From a virus (taxonomy: Duplodnaviria; Heunggongvirae; Uroviricota; Caudoviricetes; Ackermannviridae): a DNA stretch of 39,967 nt. The notes under the pieces are model-generated. The model made no database searches and was not told the origin of the DNA. It worked only from the letters and a program-made list of their open reading frames with translations. Each line of letters starts with the position of its first letter. Within the stretch, counting starts at the first letter, position 1. Of the stretch, positions 26,709 to 34,834 are shown piece after piece. Location of the stretch: positions 121,536 to 161,502 of the IMG/VR virus record IMGVR_UViG_2974546594_000001; one strand, given 5' to 3'. A program made the translations under genes and the position numbers.

Positions 26709-27371
26709 CTATGATAACTCATGGCGATGTCGAACACACGCAGGACAATCACAATTCTTTTTCAAAATTGGCAATTCACACCATGTCATTAAGTCATGTA
26801 TTGGGGACATGTGATGATAGAACCAAGATTTCTTGAGACTAATCAATGGATATAAAATTTCAATAGGTCTTTCCCCGTCTCTGGTCATCATGTTGTATCC
26901 TTCAATAACTTTATTAAAGGCGGGTATCCAGTGTATTGCGTCATCGCCGTTAACATATGCCAATATATACGTGGACGGCAAGCCACTGCCTTTAAATTGC
27001 GTGTTTAACAACCATATCGGGGCTTGTGCTAAACAAGCGCGAAAACCACCGTTCGGGACGTTGATGCTACTGATAGGTTCTTGATGATGTGTCCAACGAT
27101 ACATGAGAAGTGGGGCATTTTTATTAATCCAGTTGTGTATTTTATTCCTCGCCCAATTTTCGCGCTTAGATTTAAATTTATTATTTTCGAGGTGGCAATA
27201 CACAGTATGAACCGAATATCCTTTCGATAACAACCAAATCAACATGTATGTGCTATCCACCCCACCAGACCAGAACAACGTCACTTCTTGATTATTCTCC
27301 GGCAATGGAGCATCCCCTTGAAGAACACGGTATACAAAATCACAATCAGATACTGAGACAACAATTTCCAT
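26709..27371 (-). CDS. QueC-like PP-loop ATP pyrophosphatase
   Basis: WSGGVDST PP-loop; C-terminal TWCELP.....CDCPAC four-Cys Zn site. Confidence 0.75.
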   Translation of the reverse strand: MEIVVSVSDCDFVYRVLQGDAPLPENNQEVTLFWSGGVDSTYMLIWLLSKGYSVHTVYCHLENNKFKSKRENWARNKIHNWINKNAPLLMYRWTHHQEPISSINVPNGGFRACLAQAPIWLLNTQFKGSGLPSTYILAYVNGDDAIHWIPAFNKVIEGYNMMTRDGERPIEILYPLISLKKSWFYHHMSPIHDLMTWCELPILKKNCDCPACVRHRHELS

Positions 27372-27422
27372 TAAAATATTCCTCTTAAAGAATCATTTGT
27401 TGTGCGCCATAAAGATATGATG

Positions 27423-27444
27423 GTACAATGATAATACATTATAC
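27423..27444 (-). promoter_or_regulatory. TATAAT promoter for QueC-like gene; the -10 is the left arm of an 8-bp hairpin
   Basis: Minus strand GTATAATG-TATTAT-CATTGTAC directly after a terminator. Confidence 0.5.
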
Positions 27445-27450
27445 AAATAG

Positions 27451-27470
27451 AAAAGCCCCGAAAGGGGCTT
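27451..27470 (-). terminator. Intrinsic terminator
   Basis: AAGCCCC-TTTC-GGGGCTT then TTCT. Confidence 0.8.
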
Positions 27471-27759
27471 ATTTGTCTTCAGATTCGTACAAACGCCAAT
27501 TGCCGATGCTAAACCATTCCCCCACATCATTTGAATATCTGGTTGTTCGGACTCCTCCGACTTCATACGCCCATTTGAAGAATTTCCATTTGGACGATAA
27601 AGAAGGACATTCGCTTCCGGATTTCAAAGAACACGCTGTGAGCCAACGCGTAATACTGAGAGCCTGAAAAATCGGATGGATAAATGAAGAATACAATATC
27701 CAAAGCGTTATGGTAACAAAAACAATGGTCGTGATCACCCCGACAATTTGAAAGAACAT
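27469..27759 (-). CDS. Membrane protein (96 aa)
   Basis: N-terminal TM helix; GGAGG SD. Confidence 0.75.
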   Translation of the reverse strand: MFFQIVGVITTIVFVTITLWILYSSFIHPIFQALSITRWLTACSLKSGSECPSLSSKWKFFKWAYEVGGVRTTRYSNDVGEWFSIGNWRLYESEDK

Positions 27760-27840
27760 TTAAGAACCTCCAAAATATTGAACACAGACTATGAAGAAAA
27801 CTATGATTGTAAACAACCATGAAAACAAGGAAAGATTCAT
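27760..27840 (-). CDS. Hydrophobic micro-ORF (26 aa), absent from the ORF track
   Basis: MNLSLFSWLFTIIVFFIVCVQYFGGS; ATGA overlap with dexA stop, stop abuts next ATG. Confidence 0.55.
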   Translation of the reverse strand: MNLSLFSWLFTIIVFFIVCVQYFGGS

Positions 27841-28469
27841 CCTTCTACCTTCAGCCCCATCAGGTCTTCCATGGTTTTCTGAATGCGTAGCCAGTCAAGC
27901 GCCGCATCATAACGAGGATCATGATAGACCATGCCTTCCAGTTCCCACGCCTTGATACCAGCATATCGATCCTGCTGCCCAACACCCTTCAGCCAGCTTA
28001 CGATGTCAAATGTGTGGTGATAGTCCCAAGGTTCGTTGGAATCTTGCTTACACGTAACCTCAATGATGTGCTGAGCCTTGCGTAGGTCAAACAGATTCCT
28101 ATCACACCAGTCAACCGAGCGTGGATCTACCCCAAGACGATGACTACCCATACGGATTTCATCGGCCAGCCGGAAGATAGAGATGTCCTGATCGGTCGGA
28201 TAAAGGCTGACGACACGGGCAGCATCACATGGGTTTCGCTTACCCGTACCCAACCACCATTCAACAGTCCCCTGATCTTTGACGCGACCAAGTTGAATTT
28301 GCTCTTTGACATCCAACTTTATGAACGTCGTTCGCTCTTCAACAAGTTGCTGAAGGGTGTAACGTTTGGTCAGATCAGCGATGGTCTGTGCCCAAGATAA
28401 CATAACAGCATCGTCCCAGCGCCCCAGAGTCTCACTATCGGCAACAGCCAAGAAATTAGATTTATACAT
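27837..28469 (-). CDS. dexA: Exonuclease A (DEDD family), DexA-like
   Basis: DSETLG, IKLD.K.Q....R.....TVEWW, FD, H.P..D...D; aligns by eye with T4 DexA. Confidence 0.85.
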   Translation of the reverse strand: MYKSNFLAVADSETLGRWDDAVMLSWAQTIADLTKRYTLQQLVEERTTFIKLDVKEQIQLGRVKDQGTVEWWLGTGKRNPCDAARVVSLYPTDQDISIFRLADEIRMGSHRLGVDPRSVDWCDRNLFDLRKAQHIIEVTCKQDSNEPWDYHHTFDIVSWLKGVGQQDRYAGIKAWELEGMVYHDPRYDAALDWLRIQKTMEDLMGLKVEG

Positions 28470-28806
28470 CGGTTTCCCCCGCTTTCTCTAAAAGAAGTTT
28501 CAAAGGATATGTCCCACAAGCAGCGGCATATTCAACTCTGAAATATGAATTATCGTTCATGGCGAAATTACGATGAGGAAAATATTCACCATCATCAAAA
28601 CCACCCATCCCTCCACCAACGCGATATTGTTTCAATTCGATCTCTCCACCGTAATGCAGTTGGGCGTACAATCCGATAGGAGCGCGAACATAATGCTCCA
28701 ACCAAACCCAATTTCCATCGTGTAAACGGGTGGGCAGAAACGCAAACCACACTTTTGGATAGAGAACGGCTTTGGCTAACATTTCTTCCGTCACCACAGG
28801 TTTCAT
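28462..28806 (-). CDS. Hypothetical protein (114 aa)
   Basis: WFAFLP.RL.DG.WVWLE motif common in phage hypotheticals. Confidence 0.75.
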   Translation of the reverse strand: MKPVVTEEMLAKAVLYPKVWFAFLPTRLHDGNWVWLEHYVRAPIGLYAQLHYGGEIELKQYRVGGGMGGFDDGEYFPHRNFAMNDNSYFRVEYAAACGTYPLKLLLEKAGETDV

Positions 28807-29408
28807 CCGATACCTTCCTCTTCGATGACGTCTTCTTCATTAGGAACGACCGAAATCCCAAAGTCGATCATTTGAGAGAGTTCTTGTAAATCCTTTTCGA
28901 ATCCATCCCCTTCCCGAATATAGAATACTGGGACCACACGGCGACGGGTATCTTCAAAGATGGTTTCGGCAATTTTATTGATTTGGCTCACCACATGTGT
29001 GAGGTTCAAGCCACCAATACCACAACCGATAGCGGGTAATCCAACATAGACAGTTTCATCAGGTTTGGATTCAACGATGTCATGAATTTGTTCAAACATA
29101 ATCTGAACTGAACTGATAATGGAAGGCATGCGTGCGTTAGGACCAGGGTAGAACTGAGTATACAAATTGAATCCCCAGACACCAGTGTCATGATCAAAAG
29201 CATAGGACATGTTCCCCAAACGTTGTTCCGGACCACGTTCATCTAATTGGTCGGCGCGGTAAATTTCTGGGAAATCCAATCGAACATGGTTGGCGATACC
29301 TGCGCCCATCACAGACCAACAATTTGCGCCATGAGCGAAAGCATTGATGAGATTAAAACTCGTAGCGGCTTTCAGTAAATCGCCGTTTGTGATAACATAT
29401 GTGGTCAT
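28803..29408 (-). CDS. Macrodomain ADP-ribose hydrolase (T4 Tk.4-like)
   Basis: GDLL, HGANC, MGAGIA, NLYTQ, GLPAIGCGIGG; ATG 29408 after GGAG. Confidence 0.88.
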   Translation of the reverse strand: MTTYVITNGDLLKAATSFNLINAFAHGANCWSVMGAGIANHVRLDFPEIYRADQLDERGPEQRLGNMSYAFDHDTGVWGFNLYTQFYPGPNARMPSIISSVQIMFEQIHDIVESKPDETVYVGLPAIGCGIGGLNLTHVVSQINKIAETIFEDTRRRVVPVFYIREGDGFEKDLQELSQMIDFGISVVPNEEDVIEEEGIG

Positions 29409-29641
29409 GCGTAACGTCTCCATTGTATAATTTCGTTGTTGACACAGCTAACCTGGATGATACACATATTCTGGCGATGGTCAGTGAGTGTCATAATAAA
29501 ACTGTCTGTCTGTGCCATAACACAATTGACAGATATTCCTCGCATCATCAAACGAACACAGATTTCTTGATATAATCGTTTCATGTATCCTGAAACTGAA
29601 GCGGACTCATACACGCGTTCAAATTCATATAACTCGTTCAT
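29405..29641 (-). CDS. Hypothetical protein (78 aa)
   Basis: ATGA overlaps. Confidence 0.7.
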   Translation of the reverse strand: MNELYEFERVYESASVSGYMKRLYQEICVRLMMRGISVNCVMAQTDSFIMTLTDHRQNMCIIQVSCVNNEIIQWRRYA

Positions 29642-29862
29642 TTATTCAGACCATCAATAGCGTGTTCAGAAATATATTCAACAAATTGGTTATCAGCTGC
29701 CATCTTTAAAAGTTCAAATAATTCCGTTCCAACGGTACTCCCAAACATCCCTTCCAATACACCCTGAACATCTTCATCTATTTCTTCGATGACGAGTCCA
29801 TACGATTTCAGGCGGCGTGAAATAGCACGGAACTGGGCAATATCACCAATTTCATTTGCCAT
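29638..29862 (-). CDS. Hypothetical acidic protein (74 aa)
   Basis: First gene after a promoter. Confidence 0.72.
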   Translation of the reverse strand: MANEIGDIAQFRAISRRLKSYGLVIEEIDEDVQGVLEGMFGSTVGTELFELLKMAADNQFVEYISEHAIDGLNK

Positions 29863-29886
29863 GTTATTTGTCTCATTATGGGGTTA

Positions 29887-29917
29887 GGCGGCAATTATAC
29901 CGCCAATTTATTCAATA
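29887..29917 (-). promoter_or_regulatory. TATTGAA-N11-TATAAT promoter with the -10 at a hairpin apex
   Basis: Minus strand TATTGAA-TAAATT-GGCGGT-ATAATT-GCCGCC. Confidence 0.65.
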
Positions 29918-30325
29918 GAGGTCTTCGGAAAAGAGTTCTTTGAAAGGAGTGTTCTTCAAACGGACCTGATTAGTTTGTCCGGCTTCACGGGCGACCACAG
30001 CGGCCTCTTCACGGGACATCCATTGCCCATAGTTATCAATAAACCCTTGTTCACGAGTGTGGGTGGTTTCGATAATACCTGCTTCCTTCAATCGTTTGAG
30101 TTGCGTGTTCATCAATTTGTCGTGATGTCGGGCGCTTACAACGATCACATCACCATATTTGTTGGCAGCAGCCACAACACGCCGATCAAACTTGGTTGGG
30201 TCAGGTATATCACGAGCATACAAGGCGATGTGAGTGTCGTCCACGTCCCCTTTCACTTCAGAGTATAATTGACACCCATTAGGAGATCCAGTAGGCAAAG
30301 AACGAAAATATCCAAGTAATTTCAT
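29912..30325 (-). CDS. Conserved phage hypothetical protein (137 aa)
   Basis: RHHD, QGFID.YG...SREEA...A..AGQ, LFSEDLY motifs. Confidence 0.8.
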   Translation of the reverse strand: MKLLGYFRSLPTGSPNGCQLYSEVKGDVDDTHIALYARDIPDPTKFDRRVVAAANKYGDVIVVSARHHDKLMNTQLKRLKEAGIIETTHTREQGFIDNYGQWMSREEAAVVAREAGQTNQVRLKNTPFKELFSEDLY

Positions 30326-30328
30326 AAT

Positions 30329-30640
30329 CTAATCTATCCATATTTCAGGTTCAGGAATATCGACCATCTCCACGGTTTGATTCTTTAATTCGTGGAAACA
30401 ATCTCCGAGGAATTGTAATTTACCATCTGTCAAAAATAAATGGCAACGGTTATTTGGATCAGAATGATTCACCAACAGACTAGGAGTGAAAGTCGGTGAT
30501 TCGAGATCGTGATTCCATTGCCATATTGGGCCAGGCATTTGCCCTGAAATGCGATAAGGATGAAGCATATTACATCCAGGACAATGAAAATATATGGAAC
30601 CACCCATTGATAATAATTTTGGAGTCAATAATTTTGACAT
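30329..30640 (-). CDS. DUF6527-like Zn-binding protein (103 aa)
   Basis: CPGC..LH, W.WN...ESPTFTPSLLV, RCH.F.TDG..QFL.DC.H.L..QTV. Confidence 0.7.
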   Translation of the reverse strand: MSKLLTPKLLSMGGSIYFHCPGCNMLHPYRISGQMPGPIWQWNHDLESPTFTPSLLVNHSDPNNRCHLFLTDGKLQFLGDCFHELKNQTVEMVDIPEPEIWID

Positions 30641-30641
30641 A

Positions 30642-30920
30642 TCACGCCTCCACTTCTATATCAGGATTGTATGGGCGTAATTCTCCAATTAACTTAGGGA
30701 ATAATGCGAATCCAAATAAATTAAATGAACGCATGGTGCCAACCATACCCACTTCATCCGATTCGGTTACATCAGAAAGAGCGCAAAGAGGTATCCATAA
30801 ATCTTGTTGGCCTTCATGATTGACAAAAGCAACTTCCTCTTTAATAAAACGAGGGCATAAGATATCGAACAACCAATAGAAAAAAGCCAGCAATGAGAGA
30901 CTGCGGAAATATACAAACAT
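30642..30920 (-). CDS. Membrane-anchored hypothetical protein
   Basis: ATG 30920 after GAGGGG (alternative GTG at 30953); hydrophobic N-terminus. Confidence 0.65.
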   Translation of the reverse strand: MFVYFRSLSLLAFFYWLFDILCPRFIKEEVAFVNHEGQQDLWIPLCALSDVTESDEVGMVGTMRSFNLFGFALFPKLIGELRPYNPDIEVEA

Positions 30921-30962
30921 GGTGAACCCCTCGCTTGTTTGGAGGGAATTCACCCTCCGGAT

Positions 30963-32294
30963 TTATAGGCCCAATGCCTTTTCAAGATCATCTAAATCAT
31001 CATTGTAGAGATCAATGTCTTGTTTGTTATTTAATTCTTCTCTTTGTTCTTCCAGATTCTTTATCTGATTCAACAATCGTTCACGTGCGTCTAACGTGAT
31101 TGATGATAAAGACATCTTGAATAATTCATCAAGATCACCATCAAAATCCGGATAATCCGTTTGAAACAACGCTTTCAGTTCTGTAATGCTGCGACGCATA
31201 TCCGTAACCACAGCCCAACTGATGAATAATGCACGGTTGTTCAGGCGATGAATTTTATCAGTCATCTCCTTTAACAGGTATTGACGACGGTCTTCATAAC
31301 GGATCAAACGATAGTTGAAGAAGGAAAGCAGCATCTCCTTCCACCCAGAATAACGTCGGATGACACCATCTTCATCCCATGCCGTCCAGACGGGTTTGTT
31401 CGCAGAGTACAGTTTGAACATCTGCTCGATTTGTGCATCATCCAGCTTAGACAATTCACCACGTTTGAACACGACAGTAATGTCCCAGCCGTCTTCGGTC
31501 GTGTCATTGGCGTATTCAGTGAGCAAACCCGCCTTATACAACGGCAACAGAACTTTGGTCTCATACGATTTAGCGAACCAACCAATTGGAACCTCGGTGA
31601 TGTGAAGGGTTGTAGCATTGATGCGTTTGAAGATTCCACGGCTGTATACCCTCCCTTCCTCAGTATAGCCTGTCTCTCCTTTATATCCATTCCAGTACGG
31701 TTTTAAGTCCGTAGGGTCTTCGCCACGGAGAAGTGCTCTCAGGCTGGCGAAAACGGACTCTATGCTGTGGCATGGGGTGTCAGCTGCGTACCCCGAGCCG
31801 ATACCCTGCATCCCGTTCACCAGGAACATGGGAATGACAGGGAGGAAGAACTTAGGCTCCAACCGCTCTTCACCAAGATAGTGATAGGTGAGAATGCCTT
31901 CATCCTCCTTGCGGAAGATCTTGCGTGTCACCTCAGACACCGACACGGATATGTATCGGGCTGAGCTGGCTTCCGGAGACATGATGGAACCAAACTGGCC
32001 ATCTCGGTCGAAGTAAGGGATGTTGTTAGAGCCAGGGAACGCCTGGGCCATCTTGATGATAGTGCCGCCCATGTTATCGCCGCCGGATTTGTAGTTGGTA
32101 CGCGCTGCAGCAAACATGCCCAGGCGATCTACGATCTCTTCCTTCCCATACTCCAGCGCGGCGAAAAGAATCTTCCGCTGGCTGGGCTTCAGGCTATCAA
32201 TGATCTGAGGAACCTGACGGATACTGTTGACAATTGAAAACTCTTTATGGTCGGTATTGACGAACCGACTGACCGTAATGCTCTTGGCAACCAT
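30963..32294 (-). CDS. 52: Type II topoisomerase medium subunit gp52
   Basis: DSLKPSQRKI, G.FGS, ASARYI (catalytic Tyr), P.FLVNG..GIG.GY. Confidence 0.95.
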   Translation of the reverse strand: MVAKSITVSRFVNTDHKEFSIVNSIRQVPQIIDSLKPSQRKILFAALEYGKEEIVDRLGMFAAARTNYKSGGDNMGGTIIKMAQAFPGSNNIPYFDRDGQFGSIMSPEASSARYISVSVSEVTRKIFRKEDEGILTYHYLGEERLEPKFFLPVIPMFLVNGMQGIGSGYAADTPCHSIESVFASLRALLRGEDPTDLKPYWNGYKGETGYTEEGRVYSRGIFKRINATTLHITEVPIGWFAKSYETKVLLPLYKAGLLTEYANDTTEDGWDITVVFKRGELSKLDDAQIEQMFKLYSANKPVWTAWDEDGVIRRYSGWKEMLLSFFNYRLIRYEDRRQYLLKEMTDKIHRLNNRALFISWAVVTDMRRSITELKALFQTDYPDFDGDLDELFKMSLSSITLDARERLLNQIKNLEEQREELNNKQDIDLYNDDLDDLEKALGL

Positions 32295-32295
32295 C

Positions 32296-34206
32296 TTATT
32301 CATCCTCAGATTCAAACAGGCAGACATCACTGAACCAGGTCTTGCGGTAATCAGATGCCGCTTCGCTGAATCCGTTGTTTAACGCCGTTTCATACTCATC
32401 GTCCAATACGACCGTTGTAGTATACGCATCAAGGTTGTTTAGAATACGTTTGAAATCTTCAGTACTGTTGCCACCCAGCCCTTTCAGATATTTCTTCTTC
32501 GTGATCTTCTTGGCCGCTGGGGTCTTCAGGAATGCATTGTATTCATCTTGGTTCATGAACTCATACATTTCCTTACCCGCCCACAGGCGAAGGAAAGGAG
32601 TGCGCAGGAGCTTCAGCCTACCCTGACGGACGTATTCCGGCCAGTACGTGCAATACAAGTTGATCAGAAGCCCGCGGATATGGATGCCGTCATCGTCCGC
32701 ATCGGTGGCGATTAAAGTGAACGGATAGCGCTTCGTATCAAGTGGCTGGCCAGGGACTGCACCACCGTGTATCGTACACAGGTTCTTGAACTCTTCGTTC
32801 GCCATGATCTTGCTGCGGGTAGCATTACGACAGTTGATAGACTTCCCACGTAGAGGGAACAACCCGATGGTCTCAGTGTTACGAGCATTGAGGATGGGGT
32901 TGGAGGCGCTATCACCTTCGGTCAGCACCAGGATACACTTAGAGCGATCACCACGCTTGGTGGCTGGGTGATACTTTTCGATATCACGATAGTCCCGCTT
33001 GATGATATCCTTCTTGGCCTTCTCAAACTCCTCGTCTTCCTTATCGTTACGAAGGGAGGCTAGTTCCTTAGACAGACCAGCACCAACAAACTCCAGCGCC
33101 TTACGAATCAGACGTTCGCTTGGCTTGTAGGTCGTGCCAAACTGGCTAACAGGAGTCGTCATGCGCTCCTTGGTTTGGCTATCAAAGCGTGGATTGTTGA
33201 TATCCGCCGAAATGAAGAGCATCATATGGTTCTTAATCATTGCTGGGCGCAGTTCGGTCTTGAACTTCTTCTCCAGCTGAGGCCGAATAGCCGCCACGAT
33301 TTGATCAGCAACGTAATCCACATGAGGACCACCGATATGGGTGGCGATACTGTTCACATATGATGCATGAACAAACGTCCCCTGCGAAGGAGCAACAGCA
33401 ACAGACCACTCCTCTGTTTCATCAACAGAGGAACCTTGGCAAAAGTAATCCACAAAATGGCCAAAGCGGTCGATACGGATTTGTTTCCCGTTCAGAATGA
33501 CTTTCAGGCACGGGTTACAAGCAGCCACTTCAAATGCGCGGCGATAGATCATCAACAAGTTATTTTGATCAAGACCTTTGACACCCAGACGCGCATAATC
33601 AGGTATCCATGCGATAGACGTCCCAGGGGCATTCAAATTACTGATCACCGGATTAGAACGTTTGCTCAAATTGTCTTCAAATGTTTGAGTGTAAGACTTC
33701 TTCCCGTCATTTGTCGTGACACGGAACCATTTTGAAAATACGTTGACCAGTGAAGCCCCTTCACCGTTCTGGCCGCCGGACTTCTGGTTGTTGTACTCCT
33801 CGTCCTCATCGTTGAAGTTGCTGCCCGCATAGAGCGAGCCAAACAACATCTCAGGGAGCCACTCATTGGTGACGCCATGCTTGACCACAGGGATACCCCC
33901 GTTGTCGGAAACGATGATTTGACCGTTCATAGGGGAGACCGTGACGGTGATTTCCGTCAAGCCTTTACCTTCAGGGGTTTTGCTGTGGTCAACACAGTTG
34001 GTGATGATTTCATCAAACTGTTTGATCAGCGCAGGGGAGTACTCAAAGTTGTCACGGAAGATGACTTTGTCTTTGGTTGGGTCATACACCCACACCGTCC
34101 CCACAGACGAACGGATACTGCCCAGATGACGCTCTGGGCGAAGTAGGATATGCTCTATGTGAGTGAGCTTTTTGTATTTGCGTTCAATATCAATTTTGTT
34201 GGACAT
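32296..34206 (-). CDS. 39: Type II topoisomerase large subunit (gp39+gp60 fused)
   Basis: HILLRP, EII.N..D, GGQNG.GA GHKL motifs; LTEGDSA, PLRGK, DAD.DG TOPRIM; YLKGLG. Confidence 0.95.
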   Translation of the reverse strand: MSNKIDIERKYKKLTHIEHILLRPERHLGSIRSSVGTVWVYDPTKDKVIFRDNFEYSPALIKQFDEIITNCVDHSKTPEGKGLTEITVTVSPMNGQIIVSDNGGIPVVKHGVTNEWLPEMLFGSLYAGSNFNDEDEEYNNQKSGGQNGEGASLVNVFSKWFRVTTNDGKKSYTQTFEDNLSKRSNPVISNLNAPGTSIAWIPDYARLGVKGLDQNNLLMIYRRAFEVAACNPCLKVILNGKQIRIDRFGHFVDYFCQGSSVDETEEWSVAVAPSQGTFVHASYVNSIATHIGGPHVDYVADQIVAAIRPQLEKKFKTELRPAMIKNHMMLFISADINNPRFDSQTKERMTTPVSQFGTTYKPSERLIRKALEFVGAGLSKELASLRNDKEDEEFEKAKKDIIKRDYRDIEKYHPATKRGDRSKCILVLTEGDSASNPILNARNTETIGLFPLRGKSINCRNATRSKIMANEEFKNLCTIHGGAVPGQPLDTKRYPFTLIATDADDDGIHIRGLLINLYCTYWPEYVRQGRLKLLRTPFLRLWAGKEMYEFMNQDEYNAFLKTPAAKKITKKKYLKGLGGNSTEDFKRILNNLDAYTTTVVLDDEYETALNNGFSEAASDYRKTWFSDVCLFESEDE

Positions 34207-34255
34207 CGGCCTATCCCGTCAATGGTAAACACACAAGATTATGTATGGGGTTGGC

Positions 34256-34834
34256 TTATAGACCAAATTTAGTGCGCCACTTTTCAACTTTGTGTTCTAT
34301 GGCATGTTCTACTTTAACGATCGTGTTGATATGGTTTTGATTATACCCACACGCCAATTTGGCAGTATTGCGTATCAGATTTGAAACCAGGTCCACCATA
34401 TTATCTTCTGAACGTTGAGGTTGGTTCAGTAAACGAGTGATGCGGCCTTTGTAATGATTAACCATCGCAAGATATTTGTCTATAGTTTCAACACCACTGC
34501 AGAACCAATAATCCTCCAACGTATGTTTACTGAGATCAGTTGTGTGATTGGCCGTAGCCAAAGCAAACACCATGGAGTCAAAGATTTCTTCTTTGGTCAT
34601 AGACCCATGTTGTTGAACTTGTTGATAATCCACAACATATAATAGATCCAGAGCCGAGATGATAACGTCCGCCACTTCACCGTTCAGGGGTTCGGATGCA
34701 GCGATTCCATAAAGCACATCTGATAGTTCACAAGACTCTTCCACGAGTTTGCAATATACAAACACAGGAGAACGATTAGAATCGCGCTGGCTGAGTTCAT
34801 ATGATGTGTTGAAGATAGTTTTTAGAAAATTCAT
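34256..34834 (-). CDS. MazG-like all-alpha NTP pyrophosphohydrolase
   Basis: KLVEESCEL...E....EVADVII.A.D acidic motif. Confidence 0.6.
   Translation of the reverse strand: MNFLKTIFNTSYELSQRDSNRSPVFVYCKLVEESCELSDVLYGIAASEPLNGEVADVIISALDLLYVVDYQQVQQHGSMTKEEIFDSMVFALATANHTTDLSKHTLEDYWFCSGVETIDKYLAMVNHYKGRITRLLNQPQRSEDNMVDLVSNLIRNTAKLACGYNQNHINTIVKVEHAIEHKVEKWRTKFGL

Noticed and set aside
26709-27371. Complete 7-deazaguanine DNA modification system
   Set aside because: Only the QueC-like gene is present; no folE, queD, queE or dpdA in the window.
32296-34206. T4 gene 60-type ribosomal bypass or split topoisomerase
   Set aside because: gp39 and gp60 parts are in one uninterrupted 636-aa frame; same-strand alternative-frame ORFs are by-products of high GC3.
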